A stretch of DNA of 64,000 bases from Octopus vulgaris (taxonomy: Eukaryota): contig OX597822.1 of NCBI GenBank assembly GCA_951406725.2, positions 26,412,001-26,476,000 of the forward strand, in the 5' to 3' direction. The position numbers were made by a program, and so were the translations under genes. The notes beneath the pieces are model-generated. The model was not told where the DNA came from and did no database searches. It saw nothing but the letters and a program-made list of their open reading frames with translations. The first letter of the stretch is position 1, and every line of letters begins with the position of its first letter. Of this stretch, positions 12,480 through 25,628 are shown piece after piece.

Positions 12480-12895
12480 TCAAATTTTGTCACAGGGCCA
12501 GCAGTTTTTGAGGGAAGGGGAAGTTGATTATATCAACCCCAGTGCTCAACTGGTGCTTATTTTATCAACCCTGATAGGATAACGGTAAAGCCAACCTCAG
12601 CAGAAAATGAACAGATTGTAACCAGCCAGAAAAAAATGCCACTAAACATTTCGGTCAATGTGTTAATGAATCTGCCAGCTTAATATTAGTTTCAAATATT
12701 TTGGTACAGGACCCTATGTTTTTGAGGGGAGGGAATAAGTCGACTTCATTCATACCAGTACCTGACAGGTACTTATTTTACTGACCCTGAAAGGGTAAAA
12801 GGCAAAGTCGACCTCAGCAGAATTTGAACTCAGAACGTAAAGACAGGTGAAATGTCACAAAGCATTTTGCCTGGCGCGCTAACAATTCTGCCAGT
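12480..12895 (-). mobile_element. Two tandem SINE family A copies
   Basis: Reverse-complement cores (AAGGCAAAGTCGACCTCAGCAGAATTTGAACTCAG). Confidence 0.7.
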
Positions 12896-12934
12896 TTAAT
12901 AATAATTATTTTACTAACAGTGTTACCACATCAC

Positions 12935-13255
12935 CAGCGTTGCCTTACTGGCACGTGAAAAAAACATTCAAGCGAGGTCATTGCCAGTGCTGCTGGACTG
13001 GCTCCTGTGCAGGTGACACGTAAAAAACACCATTAGAGCGTGGATGTTGCCAGAACAGCCTGACTGGCCCTCGTACCGGTGACACGTAAAAGCTCCAACT
13101 ACACTCTTGGAGTGGTTGGCGTTAGGAAGGGCATCTAGCAGTAAATATTCTGCCAGATCAAGATTGGAGCCTGGTGCAGCCATCTGGTTTGCTAGTCCTC
13201 AGTCAAATCGTCCAACCCATGCTAGCATGGAAAGTGGATGTTAAACGATGATGAG
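12935..13255 (+). mobile_element. RTE-LINE 3' tail
   Basis: GRCACGTAAAA subunits, GGTTGGCGTTAGGAAGGGCATC, and a terminal GTTAAACGATGATGA. Confidence 0.8.
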
Positions 13256-13808
13256 GACTTCATTATTTTCAAAATTAATTGAGGAAAAAGTGGTATATTT
13301 CAACAGAAAAATATAGTAATGAAGGGATTAAGTACTATGCTACAGGCACTCTGATATGCAGAAGCTAATTGTGTGCTGCATAATGTAACAGGTTAAGCTT
13401 GTTGCATTCTTTCTGTTGTTCAGTCTGCACTTGCAGTGTACTTATACTTACAGATGCTATGAAAATGAATTGTATCTTGCATTATAACCTCAAGTAGTTT
13501 TTCATCAAGTAATTTTTTGTTTTTAAGCTGGAAAGTTGGTGGGTGAGGGACAGTGTGGAAACTGCCATATTGTCTTTGTAGTTTGTTGCTGAAGTGACAG
13601 ACAAAACCAACATAATTCACAATAGACCTGATGCATTGTTGTTGATGTTGTTTTTGCAGCTCTAGTTCAGCTTTGATCAAACAACTCTGTATGGTATGCA
13701 GGTAGTCAGTTGAACAATTAGGTGCAATCCACAGATCTGTAGATAAAGCATATCACTATCCAACTGAGTAGAGTGCACTTGCTAACACGAGTGATGCATC
13801 ATATAGAG

Positions 13809-14326
13809 CAGTGTTACTCAAAGTGGTGGTCCGTGAACCATCAGCTGCCGGTGCATGGTGAGTTTAGAGAAAAGAAACATTATAAAATGCTTATATATTA
13901 TTGTATTATTTGTTTACAAAATAATACACGATAAAAAAAAATTGTCAACTTTTATTATATTTATTATATATATATATATGCATTCGAGCGAGGTCGTTGT
14001 TGTTGCCAGTGCTGCTGGACTGGCTCCTATGCCGGTGGCATGTAAAAGCACCCACTACACTCTTGGAGTGGTTAGCGTTAGGAAGGGCACCAAGTTGTAG
14101 AAACTCTGCCAGATCAGATTGGAGTCTGGTGCAGCCATCTGGTTTGCCAGACCTCAGTCAAATCATCAACCCATGCTAGCATGGAAAGCAGACGTTAAAC
14201 GATGATGAGGATGATATATTGTTTCTGGTATGAATTAATATTACTAAGAAATATTACCAGTCCCTGGCACATTGGAAAAAAACAGCAACTGTTGATATGC
14301 GATATCAGATGGTTTGAGAAGCCCTG
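13809..14326. mobile_element. hAT MITE with a nested RTE tail (~13981-14214)
   Basis: CAGTGTTACTCAAA...TTTGAGAAGCCCTG termini; imperfect 8-bp TSD ATATAGAG / ATTTGGAG. Confidence 0.6.
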
Positions 14327-16375
14327 ATTTGGAGTGCAGTGTAACAGCCTGGACATATACACTTCTCAATGTCCAGTCTATTTTTATGTACCTACGACTG
14401 TTGTTATTTGTTTAGCCTCACAATGGCCCTGACTGAATAGACCTTTATCAAAGACTTTCCAGACGTAGGATTAGTATGCCTAAATTGACCCTTCACTAAC
14501 CAAGGTGGCATGCTATGATTTTGAAGTAATTTCACAGCTATTTCTAGAAGGTCAAGCAACCACATAGAGGCTCCTTCATTGGTTAGACAAGCATGATGGA
14601 CCGGATTGGAATTGTTCACCTATTGTTCCTCTGTTCTTATTAATGGTGTATTGCTTTTGTTAATGTTGTTGCTTTATTTTTGCACCTTATAATATCCATC
14701 AGTAGTTTAGTATGTACATTCATTGTTCTACTTTTATTTATCATATATCTTCTGTGAATGGTGCAAATGTATGTTGCAGAGAGACACCAGGTGGTAGTTC
14801 TAATTATATTACATCAATAAAAGAAATCATTATAATACAACATCACTTTACATGGTATGTTTCGGTTATCAACAGGTAATTCATTTGTTTTTATGCCTAT
14901 TTTGCTATCCTAGCAAAGCTGAACCGGTAATTTTCTGGGGCAGCATTTCACAGCTGGATGCTCTTCCTGCTGCCAACCCCCTTATCTGTTTTACAAGTAA
15001 TCTTTTATTGTATAATCTTGAGAGTGCTGAGCAATGGGATGTAATGCATATATATATATATGATCTTCCATACAGTTTCCATTGAATAATAGTGTGTGTG
15101 TGTGTGTGTGGTCTAAGTATGATGTTGCCAGCTGTAATTTTTGGGGTGTTGGGAAAATTGTACAAATATAGATTGAAAAGAGCAGACAAACAAATGGAAA
15201 CTTGCAGTACTTCTATTTGAGAAACTAGATTTCTTTGATTTGAAGTAATTAAGAATGGAAAGGGGGTGTCTTATATAAACTTGAACTTAGTAGCCTACCA
15301 CTTTAATCTCACATCCACTGGAGCCTTAGGGTATATACAATAGGGTCACTGCTGTTTGGATACTGATCAAACAGACTTAAAAGTGTTCCAGCTACCATCA
15401 CCACTTTTTTTAGGGAGTATGTGGTCTCAATTTATCGATTGTGATTTTACCTATACTGAGTATAATTTGAAGGAAATTTCACTACTATTTCTAAGTATAG
15501 CATGTAACCACAGGCTTTTATATTAAAGTATTTGGAACTCTGTCTCTACACTCAGGACTAGAGATTAAAAAACAAAAAACAACAAAACAAAAGCTATTTT
15601 CCAGAAGAAGAATGAATGGCTATCCTTATCTGCAGGAATTACATAGACAAGGAAATAAAATAAGATTTACACAGTAAAGTAAATGAATCTCCAGTGATCT
15701 TATTGATTCAGTTATTCAACCAACTTGACTACCTGCAAATGACAGAGGCCATAAAAGCAGAGCAACCATCTGATATCCACGGCAACAGAAGATGCTAGTT
15801 TTATGAGTTAGACTGGTAGCCACTCACGCATGTCAAGTTTCCATTCTCAATGGCACCAACGTCGTCCCAAGGAAATGCTGTCACTTTTACCACTTTTTTG
15901 GTCAATACAGCTTGGCACCAACATCGTTGTTTTCAGAATGCGAAGGGCCAGAACCGATACCACAACACATCCGGTCTGATATTCCTTCAATTCCACCAAT
16001 CTGCAATTAGTCAAGTAAATTACTAGAAAGATTCCCTTTTGCTCACTACTGAAACTTCTAGCACCCTAGATCTCTGGACTGCCCTTCTCCTGTCGAATTT
16101 GGACGACAGTGGTGCATCTGACGGGAAAACACCATGAGTCAGTGACTGGTGCAGAATATATATCACTGGTAGTTCTTTCTCCTCCTTATTTTCTGGGAAT
16201 AGCTAAAACAAATCACTCAACAAAGAATTTAGAATTTGCTAAACAAATTTAATTATTCTGTTCGTTTTTTCTTTTTCTTTTTTTTTTTTTTCGCTGTTGC
16301 TACATAAACAAAACACATAAAAGTCAATAATAGCAGAAGCGCTTATGCGGTTCCCCCCCGATCCAGTGAGTAAGG

Positions 16376-16500
16376 AGAGCTTCTTATGTGCTAGCTGGGG
16401 CCAATGAGAAAGAGCCCCTTACGTGGTCTCTGGAGCCAATAAGAAAGCGCCTCTTATGTGCTCCCTGGAGCAAAACGAGAGAAAAGCCGCTTGCGTGGTT
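16376..16500 (+). repeat. Tandem ~34-bp repeat (3-4 units) containing CCAAT boxes
   Basis: Units: CTTATGTGCTAGCTGGGGCCAATGAGAAAGAGCC / CTTACGTGGTCTCTGGAGCCAATAAGAAAGCGCC / CTTATGTGCTCCCTGGAGCAAAACGAGA. Confidence 0.8.
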
Positions 16501-17157
16501 GCTCAAACTGCTATAAAGAACGTTTCTCTAAAACTCCACCTTATTGTTTGTTTTTTTTAAAACAGACACGTTGAATTATCTCGTCCTATGGTTACTGTGA
16601 GAAAACAAAAACACAGTGGAATTGATGAATGATCACGGCCGGGATGCCCTTCCTCGTAAAAACGATCGTTCGATCAAGGTTAACCTAGGGCTAAACAACC
16701 AACAATAAAGTATATTTATATCAACAGCTAGCTGTCAGAAGTGAAAGATTAAATTACAGTAAGGTTACTATTATTTACGTAAGACTTGCTGTCAGGCAAA
16801 TAAATAAATGAATACCTAATCTACATTGTCACACAACTATGACGAGCGTTTTTCTATTTTTTTAATGACAAATATTAATCAACGTTTTGAAAATATAAAA
16901 TTTTACAAGTTCAAAATATGATACATAGATGTCACTTCTTACTCTTGGTGCATATATAGAGATATTATCAAATAATGACTTATATACAAAACGACACTGA
17001 GTATACGAACGAACTATCTCCATATATATATATATATACACACACACATGAGTCATGTAAGTAGTTTGGTTATAGATTTCCCACGAGAGAGTAAACGTCA
17101 GGATGTAGAATATACTAGAAGTGTTAGTCGTCTCTGTATATATACACATATATATAC

Positions 17158-17320
17158 TAGTGTAGCTAGGGTGTGCCGCCCGGGGCGGTCCTTCTCTTTG
17201 CTGCCACTGGACTCCACAAAAGGAAAAACAAAAACACACTGCCTACAGCAGTAGCCTACAACAGGATGAAAATTGCCGCCTAGGGCGGACCGACCCTACC
17301 GCACCTCCTAGCTATATACA
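17158..17320. mobile_element. GC-rich MITE (Harbinger/hAT-like)
   Basis: Inverted termini GTGTAGCTAGG / CCTAGCTATAT; internal TGCCGCCC-GGGGCGG motif occurs twice. Confidence 0.5.
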
Positions 17321-20300
17321 TTAATTACTCATACATACTACCCATTCACCTACAGGTGCTACACATACCGTACATACAATTACACACCACAGATAAGTAA
17401 TATACATTAACATGGACGCAAGCAGGCATGTGTCATGAAACTGCTACGTACGATGAATGAATGGGTGGGTACAGCAGAAAAAGCAATGTTTGATAGTTTT
17501 TGAGGAAGCACGAAGACAGTAGACAACTTCGTGGCACGACAACAAAAGATCTGAATAAAGTTCTTTTTGGTAAGCAACAGTTTTTTGTTTACCTATTTGT
17601 TTATTTAAATTTTAACGTCGACTCGTCTTACAGCTGACGTGGTGTCTTTATCTAAAGTATCACACAGAAGACGAATCTGGGAGATAGTAGGAAAATAGGG
17701 TGAATTTCTGGAATTCGCTGAGAAATATCAACAAAGAGGTGAACGAACTGGTGATTCTATGAAAGCTGGCGGGGCGAAGTTCTATTTTAAAAGCGTATTA
17801 TATCCAACACGTGTGCTGCTTTTAGCACCTACCAGTTAGCTGCATAATTAAAGAAGTTCAAACTATATATATAATTCAAGAATTCTTAACTTTAGAAACG
17901 GAGTTGGGTGGCATTTCCAGCAGATCAAGCGACAATATCGAATCTTTCTCGTTGGATCTTATAGGGTAGTTCGAAGAATTCCAGCTTAATTTCGTCACAA
18001 CTGTTCATCGTCTGAATATTTTTCAGTTTTCGATTCTCTCTATATACGTGTATAAATGTACGTATAATTTATTCATCTAGCCCAAGCAGTTTTACTTGTT
18101 TATTAACATCATTATCTCCATATCTGTTCACCTGGCTTCCTCTCACACTCTTCACACAGTCCTCGGGGTAAGTATTTCGGAGTGTCAGTTCAAATCATTT
18201 GGGCGCCACTGTTTTCTACATTCAGCATATCTGAATCTCATCAGATGACACTACCTATATTTATCTGTTGACATTATACATAGGTTGGGAGATAGATAAT
18301 GCTGAATAAATATCTTAAGGTATCTACTTATCTTCCTTTACTTTTGGGCTCTAAATCCGGCAGACATCGACCAAATAGTTACAAGTCATGTTCTAGATAA
18401 CGCCACTACACGTGCTATTGTAAGAATTACACTTTAGTCAGAGCGATCAGCTGACTAAATGGAATGATACTTTACTATATTAAGTTTCGTACCTCATCGT
18501 TCTGAGTTCAAATCACACACCAATTGTCCACGTTTTATCTATTTTCCTTCGACAAAGATACGACAGACACACCTTACAGCGATCGCACGATTTTTTTGCT
18601 AGACGAAACAAATTAAAATGAAATAGGTAGATACTACAGGTAGAGATAAAGAATATATAAACTTCGTTATAGGAAAAATACCGACCTTGTCGTCAAAGCA
18701 ACAGATATGTTGGTCATTATTGACACTATAAAAACAAATGTCAACTTACTTGCCTATCAGGGAATTTGTGTCGTTGTTTACATAAGGACAAACAACACCG
18801 AGCTAGTAATCCAGTTTACTTTACATTACATATGAGACACAGACAGATAGATAAATGATAGAGAGATTTGGATAGATAGTGTAACTACTCGATTTAAAAG
18901 CTTCACTTTCACTTTGGACAATGCAGGTATAATAAAAGTGAAAGTGTAGAGCTAAAATCAGAAGGGTGTGGTAAGATGGAGATTTGGCTCCGATCTCAAA
19001 CAAGTCGTGCGACCGCGTAGAGGTCCCTGCGTTGGCTGTTATACTGTTGAGGTAAGATAACACAAAGTATGGCGAAGAATAAAAAGTTCTGCACGTATTT
19101 ATAATATTTCCGTTCAGTGAACCGACACAAATATAGAAGACCAGTAGACAGAGCTTGTCTATCTATCATCCGAGAGTTGTCAAGAAACGAACGGAGTTCT
19201 GAAATGTATGTTCTCCTACAAACGTCTTTCTTGTAACGAATTAGTAATATATATATTGTTTTTAAAGATTTTCATCAATAATAAACATTAAATTATTTCA
19301 ATAAAGACCAAAACAAAATTAATATTCGCTATACTATGTGAAATGCAACCTACGTTATGTTTAGATCAAACCAACCAACAATTTATATGGAATGTTTAAC
19401 AGATGGAAGAACAAGACCAAAACACTAAAACGTTCACACGCCGATTCTATAATAGTTTGAATGATAAAAGGAGGAATGTCTAAATTTAGATCTGCTTCAG
19501 TGCAGCTGTTAGTTCAAGGTTTTCCCCGAGTTAAAATTGACGTATATTAAATGGGACACAAACCAAATATCTTTCTCTTATACAGACACAAGACGACCTC
19601 ATATTTATAAAAATAGGAGGATTAATTAAGAAGGCGTGCGTACCTTTTCACGCAATACAAGTGAAGTGGTTTTAAGAGCAACTACAAGCACTCGTAATAC
19701 TAACATTAAAAACAGATAAGACAATAAAGCATCCAAGTAAATTAAAAACTTACATTACCTAGTTTGAAAATAAAATGCACGGTACAAACGTAGTTCAAGT
19801 ATCGAAAGACCGTGTGAGATTTTTTTAAATGTATATATTTCATATGGATGTAGCTTCTTTTCGGCAGGTTTTAGTAAAAACCGCACGGCTACTGATAGGC
19901 GGCGGATACACTTAACAGGTGACAAAGAGTAATAACATATAAAAACAGAAACGAAACGAAACTATTCTAAAACAGAAAATGAATTCAAGTAATCCCAGTA
20001 AACATTTGTTTACTGAACATTTTGAAACCAGGAAGCATAAGGTATGAGGTTTTTCTAGGAAAGGAATTGAAAGGAACCTTAATTTTTATTTTTTAAAGTT
20101 TCGCTAAGCGTATTTTATCGATGTAACTGTACTGGTTTCGACCCGCAAGAAAACATGGGCCGAGTTTTGGAAGAAGTGAGGTGGGTGAGATCCAGTTGAT
20201 TAAACGAAATAATAAAAAAAAAATAAAAGTAACTCCTACAGACTAGGAGAAGTGTATTTTTTTTTTATTGCGTGCTTCCGCCCTATGGGGTTTAATAAAT

Positions 20301-20662
20301 TAACTACATTTTTTATTGTAGTCTGATAAATATAAACATTTTTTAGTTGGTGTCTTCGAACTTTTGTTTTTGAATATAACAGCCAAAAAATATAGATTAA
20401 ACTTGAAAAAAAATTTACTACAAACTGAAAGTATACTTTTGTTGTTTTTCAATCAATAATGGAGGCGATGATAAAAGATTTTTAAAAAAGTTTCACTGAT
20501 CAGCTTTGCCACAGGGACGTAATGTCATTTCTATAACCATGTACTGGCTAAATGGTGAAGTGATGATAATACATGTGGGGACTTGAAATGCCAGTGATCT
20601 CCAGACCTGTTGGAAGGGTAGGGTCAATGCTTATACAACGGCACTAGTATTTGCGAGCTATA

Positions 20663-20922
20663 ATAAATAATAAATGCGCCCTTTCAAAGCCTAGCCAGGC
20701 TCATCGGCCCGGTTTCCCGGTTTCTATGGCATATGTGTTCCCCGGCCGGACGGGACGCCAGTCCATCGCAGCGTTACTCATTTTTGCCAGCTGAGTGGAC
20801 TGGAGCAACGTGAAATGAAGTGTTTTGCTCAAGAACACAACACGTCGCCCGGTCCAGGAATCGAAACCACAATCTTACGATCATGGTGCTGACACCCTAA
20901 CCACTAAGCCACGCGTCTCCAC
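20663..20922 (-). mobile_element. Full-length tRNA-derived SINE family B with TSD
   Basis: Head GGAGACGCGTGGCTTAGTGGTTAGGG, B-box GGTTTCGATTCC; 14-bp TSD ATTTGCGAGCTATA / ATTAGCGAGCTATA. Confidence 0.85.
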
Positions 20923-21554
20923 ATTAGCGAGCTATAGCATCATGAAAATTAGTGAAATGTGCAACCAGGGGAAGCCTTACTGTTCAAACAAAAGTAGTGA
21001 ATGTAGAAATTATTACGACCCTTGTTCATAAAAAAAAGGCGAGAGAGAGAGAGAGGGGGGGACGTGACATTTTAAAGGCCAACTTTAAATTCTATAATGT
21101 CTATAATCCATTGTTTTACCAACTAGTGTAGTTTCTCTTTGGCAAGAGAACTATTGTTTTAAAGGGAGACGTCCATAGTTATACCTATCAAAAAACTATG
21201 CGCATATGCTGAAACGGCTTTGGGTGGGGATTGAAACCGTCTATCAGGCTTTACTTGCCGGGTGCTTGGCCTGTTGCTCTGCTGCATACATCCAGATTTG
21301 TAACTTCGACACAAAAGTCACAACTTTTGGAGGAGGGAACTGTCGAATAATATCCATCTCCTACCTGTCCTAATAATATATTGTATATAGTCTTACAACA
21401 ATGCAAACCTCTACACATTAGGATGTGTTTAATGATTTCAGGTAATCTCGAGCGTGGCAGTATTTATAATATAATCAACAGTAGTCGCGCGCTAACTTGC
21501 AAGGCTTCCTTTTCCCTTCATCTGACCCAGTTACATAAAAACAAATCACTTTAC

Positions 21555-21640
21555 CTGATCTCATAAAAGTGGTGATCAACGATTGTTAGAAGTTCAAAAA
21601 ACGAGGACATCGGACTTATATTTCACCAACTATTCAACAC
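21555..21640 (-). other. Candidate non-coding exon of the divergent minus-strand transcript
   Basis: Acceptor ...TATACAG and donor CAG|GTAAAG; stops in all three frames; lies in unique sequence. Confidence 0.35.
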
Positions 21641-23039
21641 CTGTATACATTGTAAGATAATTATTAAATTCTATAGTAAAATTATTTTATTATCATACTG
21701 CAGTGTGAATGAATACCTGAGTGTAAGTCACAATAATAAACATCCAAATAGACCGTGTACTATATACATAATAGCAACTGATAATGTGAAAAAATTGGAA
21801 ACATTGACAAGTGAGTATTGTTTTAACTTAGGTTAACCAGCAATGATTCAGTAGGGCCGTCACTTTTTAGAGCACTCTGCACTATGGATTAGGATATCCT
21901 ACGTGTTCTTCTCATTTTAAAACTATGAAGTGGGTCGAGAGAGAGAGAGAGACTGAGCTAAAATGTCTAGCGCAGAAGTTATTGGCACTGAGCACTGGGG
22001 GACTTGACTAGCATGAAAATCACAAACTTCCAGGTGTCAAATAAATAAATAAATGAATATAGAGCATTAAGAGAAAGAGTGATAAGGAGGCCAGGCAATA
22101 AATAAATAAATGTGCTGATTCACATAAGATGCGAAAGAAAAAAGCTTGTTTAGCAAAAACTTTCCTCTCACACAACATCCTCTGACTACAATAGTTCGTT
22201 GTTGAAATACAATTAAGGGCGTTCCGGCTGTGAGCCGCTCGTTTGGTTTTCTTCTTCTGACGTGTAGGGAAACTAAGAAGCACATTAAGCAATATTTTTT
22301 CCCCCTTTTATTTAGATGGTGTAGTGTGATTTGAAGATCCGTTTAGGTAATTATTTCTAGCAGTTCGAGCGATCCGTACTGGTTCCCTGTCGTGATAGCT
22401 GATAAGAGAGACTGTGAGATATTTATATAAACAGATGCAGTATAGAGATAGTATTTTGCCAATTTAGTAAGGTTGGCCAAAGTTGCCCTTCAGACACAAA
22501 TCCGATTGTCTGGCGATCTTTCGTTTTGAGTCGCAGAATTGTCAATGATCTATCAGCTGTTAAAGTTACAGCGTTGGGTAAATTCCGTAAAGAATTCTTG
22601 TTTTTGTGACTGGAAATGTACATTTCGTTTGATGTCAGCATAAAGTGAAAAGGGACAGGGCCGTGTGTATATGTTGATGGTGGGGTGCGAGATAGAAAGT
22701 GTGTTGTGTGTGAGTGAGAGAGAGGTGTGCTGATGTGTGTATGTGATTGAGAGAGAGAGAGGTGTGTGTGAAGTGGAGAGTGAGTGACAGTGTACTAGGA
22801 TGGTTACAGCTACAAAGTCTTTGATAGTTTGGCCTGCTTCATTTATCAGAGTTGACTTGTGGATTAACAACAACCATTATTCACATTAACACTGTCAATG
22901 AATGAAGTGTGGTGACATCAAGAAACAGGGATAGAAAAGGGAGTCGAGCTCCAAATCCGAATCACACACCTTTCACTATACTGTACACTATAATGTCAGT
23001 GAAATACAGAAAAAGAAAAAAAAAAACTATTTTGTTGGG

Positions 23040-23240
23040 TGCAAAGCCTGAAATTTGTAAGGGAGGGGACTAGTCGATTACATCGGCCCTAGTATTCAAC
23101 TGGTAATTATTTCATCGATCCCGAAAGGATGTAAGGGCAAAGTCGACCTCGGCAGAATTTGAATTCAGAACGTAAAGCCGAGACAAATGCCACTAAGCAT
23201 TTTGTCCGGCGTGCTTTCGGATCTTGCCAACTCGTCACCT
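23040..23240 (-). mobile_element. tRNA-derived SINE family A (CpGs retained)
   Basis: GGCAAAGTCGACCTCGGCAGAATTTGAATTCAGAACG reverse-complement core. Confidence 0.75.
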
Positions 23241-25035
23241 CAATAACAACTAATAATAATCCATTCTATTATATGCACAAGGTTTGAAATTTTGGGAGAG
23301 TGGTCTAATCGATTACATCGACTCCAGTACGCATACTTTTTTTTTATGGAACATGAAAATAATAAAATTATCTGTTTCAGAAACTACCCTCTTTTCATAG
23401 ACTGAAGTGGAGGTGGGGATAGGCCTGCATCAATAACTGAAAAACGAATGCCACGTACCCGCCACGTACTAATCTCCGAACGTATTCTATTTATATACCC
23501 TGTAAAATACGTGTTTTTGTGTGTGCGTGTGTATACACTCACTTTTCACGGAACTCAAGTTTTAAGCCACACACACGTGTCTGAATATACGTGAATGCGA
23601 GAGGTACAAACATACCCAGCATGCATATTTAAACGACATATTCGACGTTTGTAGACAGATTCTTCTCTTAGTCTTAATAAAAAGGAAAAAAAACCTCAAG
23701 GAATAATGTAACCATAGATATTTCCCAAAAGAAGGCCGACTCGGAGCTAAGCAACAATACATGCAAGTAGATGCTTTTACAAGCACACTAACTAGCAGTA
23801 GACAGAAGGCTTCATTCACAAAGGCAACATAATCTAGTTAATTATTAATTTTGCTCAACCAAAATGTTACGTAGACTACAAATTAGTTGTACTTCGAAAG
23901 GATATTTCTTACCTATGTGTATGTAACTTTATCTTATGCAAATGTGAACGAAAAAAAAAAAAATCACTATTTTTTTTTCACCCTAGAGCCAACTCATTCC
24001 ATTCTCATAGAATTTATAAAAGGAATATTAAATCGACCCTCGTATTTGACTGTCATTTCGTTTGTATCGACCTCGTAAGGATGAATAACGAAGTTGAATT
24101 TGACCTCGGTGAGAGGCGAAGAGGAAACAAGTATTTCGTTTCGACGCTCAACAGTCTTGGCATTCCACTGGACTGTCATGAAAATGAGGAAATAGGATAA
24201 AACGTGATCAACTATTCGTCACTTCATGACCAAATATTTTGTCTATATCCTCTGAATTCATTCAATAACTTGAAGTGAATAGTTGAACAAGGTTGCTTTT
24301 GTATAGAATACATATATAATTATGCTACGTTTTCTGTACTTCAATGCTTTAAGTTCAAATATCATTCGCTGAGTCAACTTCGTCTCTCGGCCTTCCGGGA
24401 TCAAGATACAGAATACACATTTTATGATTAACTCGACTAAACCCCTTTCTCTGCAAAGAATCAATAAAAATGAAAACGAACTAGGCGCTACGTTGGGTGA
24501 AGAGAAACGAATGGTACATAGACATATTTCTGAAATCAAACTCGTCGTTTTTCTTCATCAACTAGAAAACAGCCTCACCGAGATATAAAACGATAACGAA
24601 TAATAATGATAATAATAATGATATCGATGATGACTGTGATAGAAACAAGAATTGATAAGTAGACGTTCTTAACTAGAAACTTCTTATAAAAGTACAGCAA
24701 ACAGAAGAAATATGCTGAGGTATTCAACTTCTTTTTTGTTTGTTACACCCTCCTCACAGTTTCTTTAGAATATGTCTGTGTCTCGTTTAAGTCATTTGTT
24801 AGCAACGGAACGAGTAATAAAGTGTTTTGTCGTTGTAGCTATTTAAAAAATAAAAATGGAAAGGAGATAAGAAAATGACCGTTAATTCGGGGAACAGAAT
24901 GGCCTTTCACTGACCGATTCTGACACATTTTAAAGCAAAGTGCCGCTATATGATATATACACTGCATGTATGTATATATCATATATATGTATATATATGT
25001 ACCAAAGAAAAAAATTTAATAGCTTTAAGGCTTAC

Positions 25036-25165
25036 CCCTCAGATTAAGATATCCAGTTGTCCCTGGCAAATGCAAAAAAAAGGCAGGGTCACAATGGATG
25101 GGGCAGTGAGAAAGGATCACTAAAGACACGGGCCGCCGCTGCCGAAGGGTCTTGCTTGTAGGTCA
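25036..25165 (-). other. Candidate first (non-coding) exon of a divergent gene or lncRNA
   Basis: GC/CpG-rich segment next to the promoter motifs, ending in the donor GGG|GTAAGC; no ATG on the minus strand. The 5' boundary is uncertain. Confidence 0.45.
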
Positions 25166-25260
25166 GAGTAAACGGAAGTGACCGGTGATCCACGTTGCAT
25201 AGCCTCGCTATCATCACATAAACCTTGTTACTACGCATGCGTCAACAACCATGTGTCCCG
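25165..25260. promoter_or_regulatory. Probable bidirectional housekeeping promoter
   Basis: ETS/GABP site CGGAAGTG at 25173-25180 and NRF1-like palindrome ACGCATGCGT at 25233-25242, in CpG-rich sequence ~350 bp upstream of the PUSL1 ATG. Confidence 0.6.
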
Positions 25261-25581
25261 CGATTGAAATGTTCCGAGCTAGGAAACAATTGTAATTAAA
25301 CAACAAATTATTTTTTGTTCGTCATGAAAATCGATGAATAAGTAATTAATTAATCGATTAAAAAATAACAAATTTTATAAAAATTGTCCTCAAATGCTAA
25401 ATATTTGATTTTTTTTTTAAATGTGTAAAGAAAACTCCAGAGTAAAAAAATTCAAATCTACTTCATACAGGTTACCTTGAGATGCTGTCGTTTTCTGTCA
25501 TTCTAAGAAGATAACCGTTACACAATTAAGTGTAATTATAATTAAGCAAAAAGCAAGTGGAAAGAAAATAAAACTCTTGAA

Positions 25582-25628
25582 ATGGGACGCTTTTTGATAT
25601 TCATGTCATATATTGGAACAAACTACAG
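25582..25628 (+). CDS. PUSL1: tRNA pseudouridine synthase-like 1 (TruA family), coding exon 1
   Basis: MGRFLIFMSYIGTNY fits the TruA N-terminal RYL...Y.GT.F motif; in-frame upstream stop at 25543; donor AG|GTAAT, phase 2. Confidence 0.85.

Noticed and set aside
16023-16202. 59-codon open frame after the minus-strand acceptor (LFPENKEEKELPV...)
   Set aside because: No start codon in frame, no homology recognised, and no compatible upstream coding exon.
16376-16500. CRISPR-like periodicity
   Set aside because: Eukaryotic context; contiguous tandem units without unique spacers; no cas genes.
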